DNA of 64,000 bases from Patescibacteria group bacterium. Lineage in GTDB: Bacteria > Patescibacteriota > Minisyncoccia > Phycocordibacterales > UBA1006. The notes beneath the pieces were generated by a model. It was not told the DNA's origin, searched no databases, and saw nothing but the letters and a program-made list of their open reading frames with translations. Of the stretch, positions 47,555-57,423 are shown piece after piece. The DNA lies in NCBI GenBank assembly GCA_028286885.1, contig JAQBQS010000016.1, forward strand, positions 70,464 to 134,463. The letters are read 5' to 3'. Each line of letters opens with the position of its first letter. Position 1 is the stretch's first letter. Position numbers and translations under genes: made by a program.

Positions 47555-49294
47555 ATGAAACCTGATGCGCTACTTGAAAAGCTTCTTGATTTGCGGGGAT
47601 ACAAAACGGCCGAGGATCGCGAGAATTTTTTGCATCCGAAATACGCCGACATGTTCGATCCGTTCTTGATGCATGACATGTCCAAGTCCGTTGCAAGGAT
47701 TTTTTTGGCGATGGAACATAACGAGAAGATCTGCGTCTATTCGGATTACGACGCCGACGGAATTCCCGGCGCGGTCATCCTGCATGATTTTTTCAAGAAA
47801 GCCGGTTACGAAAATTTCTGCAATTACATTCCGCATCGCCACGACGAGGGGTACGGCGTGCACAAGAATGCCCTTGAAATCTTGGCGAATGACAATGTGA
47901 AATTGGTCATTACCGTGGATGTGGGAATTACGGCGGTTGATGAGGTCGCGTTCGGAAATTCGCTCGGGCTTGAAATCATCATCACTGACCACCACGAACC
48001 GCTCGATGTTTTGCCAAACGCCTTCGCAATCGTGAATCCGAAGCTTGGGGATTATCCTGACAGAATGCTCTGCGGTTCGGGCGTGGCGTTTAAATTAGTC
48101 CAGGCGATGATTGAAGACGCTGCGAAATCCTCGCAAGCATCCTTGCCTGCAGAACTCGTTTCACTCAAACAGGCTTCGGCTGCGGATGGCTTGCGAGGAT
48201 TTTGCAGCGTCCTGGCCGCGGCTTCTGATGGCTGGGAAAAGTGGCTTCTCGATATGGCGGGACTTGCGACATTGTCCGACATGGTGCCTCTTGTGAATGA
48301 AAATCGAATCATCGCGTATTACGGAATGAAGGTTCTTGAGAAAACGAAGAGGCCGGGACTTGCGGCATTGTTTTCAAAGTCGGGAATTAACATGAACTAT
48401 CTGACGGAAACGGATATCGTGTTTTCCATTACGCCCAAATTAAACGCCGCAAGCCGCATGGCGCATCCGGTCGATGCGTTCAACGCGCTTGCTACGACCG
48501 ACTTGTCCAAGGCTACGCTTGCCGCCGAGCATCTTGCGAATTTGAACGATGAACGAAAAAAGATCGTGGCGAAAATCATGAAGGACGTTCACAAGAAAGT
48601 CTCTGCGAGAAAACTCGCGGGGGACTTGAAGCAGGTTTTGGTTGTCGGGGATCCGTCATGGCCTGCGGGAATTTTGGGCATCATCGCGTCGAAGGTCGTT
48701 GATGAGTATTCACTGACGACCTTCGTGTGGGGATCGGAAGGCGAAACGATCAAGGGATCTGTTCGAGGTGTCGGCGATATTTCAGTGGTAGCTCTCATGC
48801 AGTCGTGCGCGCATCTCTTTGTGCAGTTTGGCGGGCACGAGGACGCCGGCGGATTCGCGGCGACGCGCGAGACGATCCATTTCCTCGAAGAGGAATTCTG
48901 CAAGAAATACGACGAGTTCAAGCATGTTGTTTCAAAGCAAGTGACGACGATTGCACATGATATGGAACTGTCCGTTTCGGACGTGACGTTCCAGAATTAC
49001 CGATCGCTCCGGCAGATGGCGCCGTTTGGGATGGGCAATCCGACGCCGGTGTTCGCGTTTAAAAATATCATCATTGATTTAGTGAGGCAGTTTGGCAAAA
49101 CGACGGAGCATTTGGAGGTGATAATCCGAGATGGAAACGATTCGGTAAAAGCCATTTGCTGGTACGCGACGGCTGACTCCTTTTCGGAAAAGATCGAGCA
49201 AGGAAAAACGATGACGCTTCTTGGTGAATTTGATTTCTCGGTGTTTCGAGGAAAGACAGAGTTACGGCTCAAGATCGTTGACTTTATAAAGTAG
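47555..49294 (+). CDS. recJ: single-stranded-DNA-specific exonuclease RecJ
   Basis: DHH motifs (SDYDADGIPG, ITDHHEP), DHHA1 (GGHEDAGG), and a C-terminal OB-like domain. Confidence 0.85.
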   Translation: MKPDALLEKLLDLRGYKTAEDRENFLHPKYADMFDPFLMHDMSKSVARIFLAMEHNEKICVYSDYDADGIPGAVILHDFFKKAGYENFCNYIPHRHDEGYGVHKNALEILANDNVKLVITVDVGITAVDEVAFGNSLGLEIIITDHHEPLDVLPNAFAIVNPKLGDYPDRMLCGSGVAFKLVQAMIEDAAKSSQASLPAELVSLKQASAADGLRGFCSVLAAASDGWEKWLLDMAGLATLSDMVPLVNENRIIAYYGMKVLEKTKRPGLAALFSKSGINMNYLTETDIVFSITPKLNAASRMAHPVDAFNALATTDLSKATLAAEHLANLNDERKKIVAKIMKDVHKKVSARKLAGDLKQVLVVGDPSWPAGILGIIASKVVDEYSLTTFVWGSEGETIKGSVRGVGDISVVALMQSCAHLFVQFGGHEDAGGFAATRETIHFLEEEFCKKYDEFKHVVSKQVTTIAHDMELSVSDVTFQNYRSLRQMAPFGMGNPTPVFAFKNIIIDLVRQFGKTTEHLEVIIRDGNDSVKAICWYATADSFSEKIEQGKTMTLLGEFDFSVFRGKTELRLKIVDFIK

Positions 49295-49327
49295 TCCGTC
49301 GCAAGACGGCTTTTTTTGTGATAGATT

Positions 49328-50086
49328 ATGCGCATGCAAAAATTCTCTGCGGAACAATTTTCAAAATCACTCGTCATTTTTACTGACGGATCATCACTCG
49401 GTAATCCCGGCCCTGGCGGATACGGATGCGTCGTCGTTAGTCAAAAGCTCGACGAAGTCATCGAGCTTGGCGGGAACAAGATCAAGACGACGAACAATGA
49501 AATGGAACTCTCGGCGGTCATCTCAGCGTTGTCGCACAGCGTGTTCAATACGATGGACGTCGACATCTTCACCGACTCGTCGTACGTCATCAACGGCATT
49601 ACCAAGTGGGTGCATGGCTGGCAAAAAAATGGGTGGAAAACGCAGGCGAAAGAAGACGTTGCCAACAAAGCACTGTGGCAATCGCTCATAACACTCGTGA
49701 AAGAACGAGAACTCCATTCTAAAGTCAGGTGGAACTATGCGCCGGGACATGTCGGTGTCGTGGGTAACGAACGATGCGACGAGATTGCAACAAGTTTTGC
49801 CGCAGGCAAGGACGCACACCTGTTTCGGGGAAAACTTTCGCAGTACAAGCTGGACGTTCTGAATTTTTCGATCGACGAGTCTCTGAAAAAAGACAAGTCG
49901 GAAAAACGAGCGCGATCAAATGCGCCGGCGCATTCGTACCTGTCGCTTGTCGACGGAGTCGCGATGAGGCACAAGACCTGGGCGGAAACGGAAGTCAGGG
50001 TGAAAGGGAAGAAGGCGAAATTCAAGAAATCATTATCAGCTGCGAACGAAGGCGAGATTTTGAAGGAGTGGGGAGCGAGCCTATAA
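49328..50086 (+). CDS. rnhA: ribonuclease HI with about 100 aa C-terminal basic extension
   Basis: IFTDGSSLGNPGPGGYG...TNNEMELSAV...TDSSYV...WNYAPGHVGVVGNERCDEIA. Confidence 0.8.
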   Translation: MRMQKFSAEQFSKSLVIFTDGSSLGNPGPGGYGCVVVSQKLDEVIELGGNKIKTTNNEMELSAVISALSHSVFNTMDVDIFTDSSYVINGITKWVHGWQKNGWKTQAKEDVANKALWQSLITLVKERELHSKVRWNYAPGHVGVVGNERCDEIATSFAAGKDAHLFRGKLSQYKLDVLNFSIDESLKKDKSEKRARSNAPAHSYLSLVDGVAMRHKTWAETEVRVKGKKAKFKKSLSAANEGEILKEWGASL

Positions 50087-50095
50087 GGCCCGCTT

Positions 50096-50731
50096 TTGAC
50101 TCAATTGGATAAGTATGTTATTTTTAAGACAAACATCTATCACATTAAAACAAGATTAATGAGCAGAAACACAAAACTGTACGTACCCAAGGATTACGCG
50201 CGCATAAAGCCCGAGCTTCCGGTCATTTTCATCGGCGCCCCGGTCGTCAATGCCAACGATCGGCAGTCTGATGCGATCAAGATTTTTCTGGAGCGCAATG
50301 CATCCGCCGCCATTGTATCGCCAAGGGAAAAAGTGATTCCATTGTTTGAAATCCAATCCGAAAAAACTGCCGGCGCAAAATATCGTTTCGAGAAGAAATC
50401 AGAATGGGAACGCTTCTATGTGAACCTCGCCCTCAACCAATCAAAGGGCTGCGTCATGTTCTGGCTCGAAGGTCCCAAAATTTGCAATATCGACCTGCCC
50501 ATGAGCGACCTGCCCGGCCCTGAGGATCCGAACAAACCATACGCGTTCATGACCCAGTTTCACCTAGGACATGTCTTGGCCAAGAAAGCCTCGCGCGTCG
50601 TGATCGGGAGCGACGGGACGTATCCTGAATGGGCGTCGCTCAAATCCAGAATCCTCGACCTGCATCCGACCATGAAGATTTATCCTACGCTTGAAGAGGC
50701 GTGCGACGCGGCACTTGAGAAAATAAAGTAA
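50096..50731 (+). CDS. hypothetical protein (211 aa)
   Basis: ORF only; no recognised motif. Confidence 0.4.
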   Translation: MTQLDKYVIFKTNIYHIKTRLMSRNTKLYVPKDYARIKPELPVIFIGAPVVNANDRQSDAIKIFLERNASAAIVSPREKVIPLFEIQSEKTAGAKYRFEKKSEWERFYVNLALNQSKGCVMFWLEGPKICNIDLPMSDLPGPEDPNKPYAFMTQFHLGHVLAKKASRVVIGSDGTYPEWASLKSRILDLHPTMKIYPTLEEACDAALEKIK

Positions 50732-50737
50732 ATTCAC

Positions 50738-50764
50738 AAATCTCCCCCGCGGGAGATTTTTTTC
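50738..50764 (+). terminator. rho-independent terminator
   Basis: aatctccc-ccgc-gggagatt followed by TTTTT. Confidence 0.7.
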
Positions 50765-50782
50765 GGCAGGGAGCTGGTTATC

Positions 50783-50810
50783 TTGACATTTTTGATAAAA
50801 TAACTACTAT
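50783..50810 (+). promoter_or_regulatory. sigma70-like promoter
   Basis: TTGACA-16 nt-TACTAT; AAGGA lies 6 nt before the TTG start at 50825. Confidence 0.45.
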
Positions 50811-50824
50811 GAAAAGGAATCATT

Positions 50825-51427
50825 TTGCAACTTAAAAACCAAACAATGAATAAAAAATTTCAGAAGCTATGGATGTATATCACATACCTGATTAACGATT
50901 TTCCAGTCGACGATTTGGGCGTTCGGCTCGGCATGGCATGCAACGAAATCTATTTTTCGTACGGCAGGCTTGATTCCTATAACAAAAAAACGTTTATCGA
51001 GGAGTTGTCTTATCAGATGTGTGTATGGATGCATACCTCTGCGGAATCAAAATCCTTAATGAGATGTCTCAGTTCCGGATTTCAGGATAAATATTCGCAG
51101 CAACCAGGAGAAGGTTACCTGATACCATGCCTGATCGAAGCACTCTACGCGCAGCCCGAAGATCTGCAGGATGGTTTTTTCAAAAATTACCTTTCGTTCC
51201 ATGCCGATCATGTGAAAGATCCGAAGAAGTTGGCGGCAGACATCATCAGCGTGATGGATAGTGCGAGATCTCGCGAAGTCGAGGCGTTCTACAGGAAACT
51301 TCTGGGCAGGACTGCGATCGGCATGAAAGATTCCGAGAGAAAATCTCAATTCTTGGCGGGGATGCGCGAAAAAAATCCTCGTTTGATTCATGAGATTCTC
51401 GAATCGAACGCTGAACCTGTTTCCTGA
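50825..51427 (+). CDS. hypothetical protein (200 aa, TTG start)
   Basis: ORF with RBS; no recognised domain. Confidence 0.4.
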   Translation: MQLKNQTMNKKFQKLWMYITYLINDFPVDDLGVRLGMACNEIYFSYGRLDSYNKKTFIEELSYQMCVWMHTSAESKSLMRCLSSGFQDKYSQQPGEGYLIPCLIEALYAQPEDLQDGFFKNYLSFHADHVKDPKKLAADIISVMDSARSREVEAFYRKLLGRTAIGMKDSERKSQFLAGMREKNPRLIHEILESNAEPVS

Positions 51428-51433
51428 TATTTT

Positions 51434-51462
51434 AATCCTCTCTGGCTTGAGAGGATTTTTCT
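51434..51462 (+). terminator. rho-independent terminator
   Basis: aatcctctc-tggctt-gagaggatt followed by TTTT. Confidence 0.7.
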
Positions 51463-51499
51463 TTATCTAATTTTTATATCTGTTTTTTAAAATAATGAG

Positions 51500-52957
51500 A
51501 TGGAAGTTCTCGAAATTGCACTCGTCTCATTTCTCTTCGGTGTTGCAGGCTGGTTTCTCGGTATATGGTTTTTAATTGCGTGCGCGATTGGTTTGCTTGT
51601 CATCTTGGCATTTTTCAAACCTGCAAGAAAGCAAATTATTCTTTTCTTGCTCATAGCGACAGCATCCGCATCCGGAGGATTCTTCTGGTCGGGGCATTTT
51701 GTTTTCTCTCATGCTTCGCATATTCCTGAATCTGACTTCAACAAGAAGGAAACATTCCAAGCCGTCATATCCGACGATCCTGATCGCGGCATCGAGGGAA
51801 CGGCAATTGTTGCCGAATTAAAATCAGGAGATCATGTCCGCATCGGCCTGCCCGCCGGAACGGATGCTCTGTACGGCGACCGCATTGAATTCTCTGGAAC
51901 GCTGAAGCATCCGGAATCCTTCACAACCGACACCGGCCGCGAGTTCGATTATCCGACATACTTGCTTGTTCATGGAATTACGGCAACAACGAATATAAAA
52001 TCAATTACGATCGTCAGCCATCACAACAAGCCACTCTTCGTCGAATCGCTGTTTTCGATCAAAAAATATTTCGTGGATGCAATCAAGAAGCTCTTTCCAA
52101 GTCCGGAGTCAGGATTGTTCGCGGGAATCGTGATTGGCGAAAAGTCACTCCTTCCAAAATACAATCTGCAAGAATTTCAAATCGCGGGGCTGACTCACAT
52201 GATCGTGCTGTCGGGCTACAACATTACGATCGTCGCGCTGTTTGTTATGACGGCGCTTGCATGGCTCGGGGTCGGATACCGCGCGCGTCGCGTCGGCGCC
52301 ATCTTGGCCATTCCTGTTTTCATCGTGATGACGGGCATGGGCGCGAGCTCGGTGCGCGCGGGAATTATGGCTATTATTGTATTCGCCTTGCAGCTTGATA
52401 CGAGGCCTGCAAATTCGCTCCGCGTAATCTTGCTGACGCTCGCTACAATGGTATTTGTAAATCCTTATGCGCTCTTATATGACCCGTCGCTTCATTTGTC
52501 GTTTCTTGCGTTTATAGGTTTGGTGTATGTAACGCCGATTACGCAGCACTATTTCGAGAAATGGAATGTTCAAGAATACGGCGGCATGCGTGATTTGTTG
52601 ATAGAAACAATGTCAGTGCAATTTTTTGTGTTGCCTTATATTATCTGGATGAGCGGACGCGTTTCGGTGCTGACACTTGTTTCAAATTTGATTACTGTGC
52701 CGCTGACGCCGCTCGTCATGGGAACGGGATTTGCCGTCACGATCATCGGCATGATCGCAGGACCTCTCGGCGCCATTTTTGCAAAGCCTGTTTCGTGGGT
52801 GATGACATACATGCTGTCGGTCGCGCACATCGTCGCAAGCATGCATTTCGCAACGTTCGTCATTCCGCCGTTTGGAGGGTGGGTGATGGCCGGAATCTAT
52901 TTGACCATCTGCATAATCGTCTACATCTATTCAAGAATTCCAACCTCTCACGGTTGA
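51500..52957 (+). CDS. comEC: ComEC/Rec2-family DNA internalisation channel (core only, no metallo-beta-lactamase domain)
   Basis: N-terminal DUF4131-like segment; competence domain GLTHMIVLSGYNI...GMGASSVRAGIMAII; polytopic. Confidence 0.7.
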   Translation: MEVLEIALVSFLFGVAGWFLGIWFLIACAIGLLVILAFFKPARKQIILFLLIATASASGGFFWSGHFVFSHASHIPESDFNKKETFQAVISDDPDRGIEGTAIVAELKSGDHVRIGLPAGTDALYGDRIEFSGTLKHPESFTTDTGREFDYPTYLLVHGITATTNIKSITIVSHHNKPLFVESLFSIKKYFVDAIKKLFPSPESGLFAGIVIGEKSLLPKYNLQEFQIAGLTHMIVLSGYNITIVALFVMTALAWLGVGYRARRVGAILAIPVFIVMTGMGASSVRAGIMAIIVFALQLDTRPANSLRVILLTLATMVFVNPYALLYDPSLHLSFLAFIGLVYVTPITQHYFEKWNVQEYGGMRDLLIETMSVQFFVLPYIIWMSGRVSVLTLVSNLITVPLTPLVMGTGFAVTIIGMIAGPLGAIFAKPVSWVMTYMLSVAHIVASMHFATFVIPPFGGWVMAGIYLTICIIVYIYSRIPTSHG

Positions 52958-52979
52958 CATTCGGCAATTTTTTCGTATA

Positions 52980-53441
52980 GTGTCAAAAAACAAAACGATG
53001 AAAAAACCCGACAAGATAACCGTCTATGTGCTATCGGACGACTTCGACAAACTCAAGGTACCTGGATACACCAGGGCCGTTATCGGCATAAAGGAAAAGG
53101 CAAGAACCGTTTTTCTTCCCAATAAATATTTCAAGGCAAGCGACCAGATATTCGAAGCGATTTTCAAAGAGACAGGTTATGCGAAGAAGGCAGTCCGTAA
53201 TGTTGGAAGGACTGAAGGCCTCAAAGATATGCGGGAAGCTTTTGTTTACTTGTTCTTTAAAAAGTTTCCTAACGTAACGTTTGAAATCGTGGCTTACTTT
53301 ATCAATCGAAGCCACTACAGCGTGCTCAATGCGCAGGCCAACTACAACAGGCACATGAAGCCTGAATTTAAAAAACATGAAGACACGATATTATTTTGGG
53401 ATTTTATAAACAGGGTTCAGTCCTGTCTTCCCAAAAAATAG
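52980..53441 (+). CDS. hypothetical protein (153 aa), weak DnaA-domain-IV-like HTH
   Basis: RSHYSVLNAQANY vaguely resembles the DnaA C-terminal helix. Confidence 0.35.
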   Translation: MSKNKTMKKPDKITVYVLSDDFDKLKVPGYTRAVIGIKEKARTVFLPNKYFKASDQIFEAIFKETGYAKKAVRNVGRTEGLKDMREAFVYLFFKKFPNVTFEIVAYFINRSHYSVLNAQANYNRHMKPEFKKHEDTILFWDFINRVQSCLPKK

Positions 53442-53459
53442 ATAGATACTTATCTAAGC

Positions 53460-53483
53460 AAGCCGGCACCCGCCGGCTTTTTT
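53460..53483 (+). terminator. rho-independent terminator
   Basis: aagccggc-accc-gccggctt followed by TTTTT. Confidence 0.7.
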
Positions 53484-53584
53484 GACGGATCGATATTCCT
53501 GTAGGGAAATAGGGCGTTTTGTAACACATGGTATACTGGTTCCGTCATCTGTAATGTTACAAGCGTAATCTTATTTATCTATAT

Positions 53585-54409
53585 ATGAATCGAATCTACC
53601 AGAAAATTCAGACACGAGAAGGCCTTATGGCCCTTGGGTCAATTGCTCTCGTTTTTGCCATGTTTGCTTTGCTCGGACTTGGAGCATTCGCATTTGCGCG
53701 ATCTGCGCACAACGACTCGTCAGACGTAGGAACCATTACGGTTTCAGGATCAGGCGAGGTATCCGCTGCGCCGGACGTTGCAAACTTCACCGGAACTATT
53801 TCCGTCGATGCAAAGACCATGGCCGAAGCCGAGAAATCTGCAACAGCTCAGGAGTCAGCGCTTATTGCCAAGCTCTCTGATGCGGGAATCGCCAAAGATG
53901 ACATCAAGACGACATCGTACAATGCGTATCCAAAATATGAGAATCGCGCGATTGCGAAGCCTACGATCGAATGTTTCGCGGCACCGTGCCCGACGTATCC
54001 TGTTTCAAATTCGGTGATCGTTGGATACACGGTGTCTGAATCAATCTCAATCAAGGTCCGCGATCTGGACAAGGCCGGAGACATCGCGAAAGTTTTGACC
54101 GATGCGAATGTTTCATCGGTATCGGGTCCCGACTTTGCGATCGACAAGCCTGAACAAGTGCAGAACGAGGCGCGCGACAAGGCGATCCAGGATGCCAAGG
54201 AGCAGGCTGAACTTCTTGCCAAGCAGCTTGGCGTTCACCTGAAGGGAATCGTGGACTTTCAAGTTTCAAACGGCGGTCCTATCTACCCGATGGCCTACGC
54301 GACTAAGGCGATGGATTCTGCTGTCGGTGCGAGCGCTCCGGCGCCGAGCCTTCCTGCCGGACAGACAGACGTAAAAACGAATGTGACGATTACGTATAGG
54401 ATTAAGTAA
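53585..54409 (+). CDS. SIMPL-domain (DUF541, YggE-like) protein
   Basis: N-terminal TM, then ITVSGSGEVSAAPDVANFTGTISVDAKT...AKQLGVHLKGIVDF, characteristic of the SIMPL family. Confidence 0.55.
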   Translation: MNRIYQKIQTREGLMALGSIALVFAMFALLGLGAFAFARSAHNDSSDVGTITVSGSGEVSAAPDVANFTGTISVDAKTMAEAEKSATAQESALIAKLSDAGIAKDDIKTTSYNAYPKYENRAIAKPTIECFAAPCPTYPVSNSVIVGYTVSESISIKVRDLDKAGDIAKVLTDANVSSVSGPDFAIDKPEQVQNEARDKAIQDAKEQAELLAKQLGVHLKGIVDFQVSNGGPIYPMAYATKAMDSAVGASAPAPSLPAGQTDVKTNVTITYRIK

Positions 54410-54423
54410 ATTTATTGAGATAA

Positions 54424-54460
54424 GAAAGCGCGCGGGCCGAAGGCCCGCGCGCTTTTGCTT
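54424..54460 (+). terminator. strong terminator (12 bp GC stem)
   Basis: agcgcgcgggcc-gaa-ggcccgcgcgct followed by TTTT. Confidence 0.75.
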
Positions 54461-54461
54461 T

Positions 54462-54499
54462 AAAAATAAAAAAGCACTCTATAGTAGAGTGCTCATATT
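54462..54499 (-). terminator. terminator for minus-strand gene 54502-54789
   Basis: agcactcta-tag-tagagtgct with a minus-strand T-run. Confidence 0.55.
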
Positions 54500-54501
54500 T
54501 T

Positions 54502-54789
54502 TTAATCGACCAGGATATGCATCTGATGCCCAGGCTCGAAGATGATACTTTGCTCGACCAACGGTTTCCCGTCGAGTATCGGCAGTGTGATCCAGTAAAC
54601 AGGAAATGCGTCGGCATTTTTTTCTTTTGCCTCCTTGATTGCATTCCAGATCCCTTCGCAGAAGAGATCAGCAATTTTCGTTTCTTCTTTGATGGTTGCC
54701 TTCTCGGTAAGTCCGGTGATTGTTAGGATGTCATGCTCCAACGTTCCGGCAGCGCGGTCATTGTAAACTCGCGTCTTGAATTGGAACAC
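54502..54789 (-). CDS. hypothetical protein (GTG start; 171 nt of upstream in-frame open sequence lacks an ATG)
   Basis: Track ORF begins at GTG. The in-frame open region extends to 54963 with AGGAG at 54955-54959. Confidence 0.35.
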   Translation of the reverse strand: MFQFKTRVYNDRAAGTLEHDILTITGLTEKATIKEETKIADLFCEGIWNAIKEAKEKNADAFPVYWITLPILDGKPLVEQSIIFEPGHQMHILVD

Positions 54790-55047
54790 GTGCTCGCTTG
54801 TGCCGTCAGTGATCCATCCGAGCCCTTCCCACCAATTTTGAGAACGGGTACGGTCGCCGCTCTCCGAATTTCCGTCTTCCCAGGTACGGTTTCTCGGCGA
54901 AGCCTGGACTCTTAATTTGAAGTGATCGCCTGTTATTTCGTGCTCTTTAAAGTCTCCTATGATTTATATGTTTTTGTTAAAAGTAAAAGAGAAGTCTCGT
55001 TTCTTATGGTACTCGGCACAATTTGATTGTCAATGTATGCTATTTTG

Positions 55048-55076
55048 TTGACGAAATCGCAGTTGCCTGATATACA
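55048..55076 (+). promoter_or_regulatory. promoter of paralog 1
   Basis: TTGACG-17 nt-TATACA. Confidence 0.5.
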
Positions 55077-55116
55077 GTCTGGGAAAATACCATTCTAAAA
55101 TATAAATAGAAATAGC

Positions 55117-55614
55117 ATGTTAGACATAAAAAACGAATTCACTGAATTAATTTCAGGAAGCGAGGAAATAATCATCGACGAGTGTAGGGGTTCTGATATA
55201 CTCGAGAATACGGAAGGCCTTTTTCACATCAACGAAGAAAGCTTCCGCAAGTTCAAACTGAAGCTTGCAGACGAAATCAGTCCGAACATTCCTACGGATA
55301 AAATATCTGCCGAAGTTTATCAAAGAAAAAAAGACGCAACGCTTCTGCAAATGTTCGGCTCGTTCGGTACGGATATCAGCACTCTTTGCATGAGCTGGAA
55401 ACAGATAAAAATATTCTGCAAGAAGCATCCAATGTGGCTCTGCGGCGGGGGATTCGGAACTCTTTTTATAACCAAAATCAATGGCGAGTATGCGGTTGCA
55501 TCGCTCAACCTCGTGCCTTCCATAGGGCTGCGCATGTCCGCTTTCCCGCTAGAAGAAAAGTATGTTTTTTCCTGGGGATTCCAGCATTTGGTTGTTCCTA
55601 GGTTGTCTTCTTGA
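55117..55614 (+). CDS. paralog 1 of a novel ~160 aa family (165 aa)
   Basis: Shares EEIIIDEC.GS at the N-terminus, LC..Q.QI..FCEK.P in the middle, LFLFK, and a C-terminal PRLSS/PKLSS with the next three genes. Confidence 0.7.
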   Translation: MLDIKNEFTELISGSEEIIIDECRGSDILENTEGLFHINEESFRKFKLKLADEISPNIPTDKISAEVYQRKKDATLLQMFGSFGTDISTLCMSWKQIKIFCKKHPMWLCGGGFGTLFITKINGEYAVASLNLVPSIGLRMSAFPLEEKYVFSWGFQHLVVPRLSS

Positions 55615-55648
55615 AAAACTAAATCTCGTCCGTAAGGCGAGATTATTC

Positions 55649-55677
55649 TTGACTAAAATTCTTTTAAGATGTATATA
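55649..55677 (+). promoter_or_regulatory. promoter of paralog 2
   Basis: TTGACT-17 nt-TATATA. Confidence 0.55.
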
Positions 55678-55716
55678 GATTTGGAAATTAACATTGCAAA
55701 AATTAAATAAACCAAG

Positions 55717-56199
55717 ATGACAGCTGCTGAAAATTTATTTGAACTCATTTCTCTGGATAAGGAGATCGTCATCGATGCATGCGACGGTTCGCAAACCTTG
55801 GCAGACGCCACAACCTTATTCGTCGCAACCGATTCGGTCGTCAAAAAATGCAGGTTCAACAAGATCAGGCCAACCGGACCGACTTCCGTTGACATTTACA
55901 AAATACCTGAGAAGGGTTCGCTTGCGGGCGCTTCGATCATAGATTATTTTGAAAATGATCTGGACAAATTGTGTCTGACCCAAAACCAGATAAGGAGCTT
56001 CTGTGAGAAGAGCGCCGCGAAGTGGATAAAGGGAGATAAATTCGAGTTTTTCTTCCTGTTTAAGATAGGCGGGCGAATACACGCCGCCCATGTTGCCACG
56101 TATACTTCTGGCCTAAGGGTCTTTGCCTACAGCATGGATTTCGTAATTGCCTGGTTCGACCGTGGCAACCGGGGTTTGGTAGTTCCCAAACTACTTTAA
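55717..56199 (+). CDS. paralog 2 (160 aa)
   Basis: EIVIDACDGSQ...LCLTQNQIRSFCEK...FFFLFK...VVPKLL. Confidence 0.7.
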   Translation: MTAAENLFELISLDKEIVIDACDGSQTLADATTLFVATDSVVKKCRFNKIRPTGPTSVDIYKIPEKGSLAGASIIDYFENDLDKLCLTQNQIRSFCEKSAAKWIKGDKFEFFFLFKIGGRIHAAHVATYTSGLRVFAYSMDFVIAWFDRGNRGLVVPKLL

Positions 56200-56208
56200 A
56201 ATCTATTC

Positions 56209-56238
56209 AAAGCCCTGATCCACAATCAGGGCTTTTTC
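56209..56238 (+). terminator. terminator of paralog 2
   Basis: agccctga-tccacaa-tcagggct followed by TTTTT. Confidence 0.7.
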
Positions 56239-56239
56239 A

Positions 56240-56268
56240 TTGACAAGAATGCTTTTGCGTGATATACA
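56240..56268 (+). promoter_or_regulatory. promoter of paralog 3
   Basis: TTGACA-17 nt-TATACA (TGaTATACA extended -10). Confidence 0.55.
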
Positions 56269-56309
56269 GTTATTGAAATAACAATTGTAAAATTTAAAAT
56301 ATAACCAAG

Positions 56310-56807
56310 ATGACAGACATAATAATCCGAGAGTCCATGGTACGTCTTTCAGAAGACAAGAAACTTATCATCGACGCATGTAGCGGAGAAAGGACTTTTG
56401 CAAGTTCGCCTACTCTTTTCGGGTCACATGGAGCGGGATGGCCATTTAATGAAATGGATTATCCAAGCGCTCCTACTCCTGAAATCGAAATCGAGCGATA
56501 TCAGATGATAAAGCCAGATTGTGTAACGGATATATTCAAATCTTTTAGTTCCGATCTGGAAAAGTTATGCCTCAATCAGGATCAAATAATCACATTCTGC
56601 GAAAAGCATCCCGAAGAAATTTCCAGAGAGTCTTCAATGACGACATTTTTCCTCTTTAAAAGAAAAGAGAACGTCATGGTCGGGGTAATGTTTGGGGATG
56701 GAGCCATGGATAACCGCCATTATGTTGTTGAGGGCCAGGATCTGCCTACTGGGGTACATAGTATTAAATATTTCCGCTCAATACTTATCCCTAAACTGTC
56801 TTCTTGA
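56310..56807 (+). CDS. paralog 3 (165 aa)
   Basis: KLIIDACSGER...LCLNQDQIITFCEKHP...FFLFK...IPKLSS. Confidence 0.7.
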   Translation: MTDIIIRESMVRLSEDKKLIIDACSGERTFASSPTLFGSHGAGWPFNEMDYPSAPTPEIEIERYQMIKPDCVTDIFKSFSSDLEKLCLNQDQIITFCEKHPEEISRESSMTTFFLFKRKENVMVGVMFGDGAMDNRHYVVEGQDLPTGVHSIKYFRSILIPKLSS

Positions 56808-56817
56808 AAAACATTCA

Positions 56818-56848
56818 AAGGCCCGATCTTATAGATCGGGCCTTTTTC
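56818..56848 (+). terminator. terminator of paralog 3
   Basis: gcccgatc-ttata-gatcgggc followed by TTTTT. Confidence 0.7.
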
Positions 56849-56877
56849 TTGACTAAAATATTTTTCTATTATATACA
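56849..56877 (+). promoter_or_regulatory. promoter of paralog 4
   Basis: TTGACT-17 nt-TATACA. Confidence 0.55.
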
Positions 56878-56917
56878 GATGGAGAAATAACTATTAAAAT
56901 ATAAATATATAACCAAG

Positions 56918-57415
56918 ATGGCAGCTGCAACAAACGAATTCCTGAAACTCATTTCAGGTGAACAAGAAATTATCATCGACGCATGTGATGGCACGAGAAG
57001 CATTGCGGACTCGGAAGAAATATTTACCAGGTTCCTAGATCCAAGTTTCAAAGATGCTTTTTTTGACAAAACCGGCAAAGAAACAAAAGAAATTTCATTG
57101 GAAATCAGCGAAATAACTAAAATGTCGACCTTACAGAAGATATTCCATTCGTTGGAGATTGATCCAGAAAACTTACGTCTTACTCAGCATCAGATAATCA
57201 ATTTTTGTGAGAAGTATCCTGATAAGTTTTTAATCAATGGAAAACCTACATTATTTCTTTTCAAAATGGGCAGTTCCGTGTGTGTAGCTAGTATCGCCCG
57301 GGATTCTTGTGGATTAAGGATTTATAGAAATGACCTTTATGGCGGCAATGTCGGTCCTGGACGTTATAATGTGATGCCTTCTTGGCGAATCGCAATTCCC
57401 AAACTGTCTTCTTGA
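56918..57415 (+). CDS. paralog 4 (165 aa)
   Basis: EIIIDACDGTR...LRLTQHQIINFCEKYP...LFLFK...IPKLSS. Confidence 0.7.
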   Translation: MAAATNEFLKLISGEQEIIIDACDGTRSIADSEEIFTRFLDPSFKDAFFDKTGKETKEISLEISEITKMSTLQKIFHSLEIDPENLRLTQHQIINFCEKYPDKFLINGKPTLFLFKMGSSVCVASIARDSCGLRIYRNDLYGGNVGPGRYNVMPSWRIAIPKLSS

Positions 57416-57423
57416 AACACATT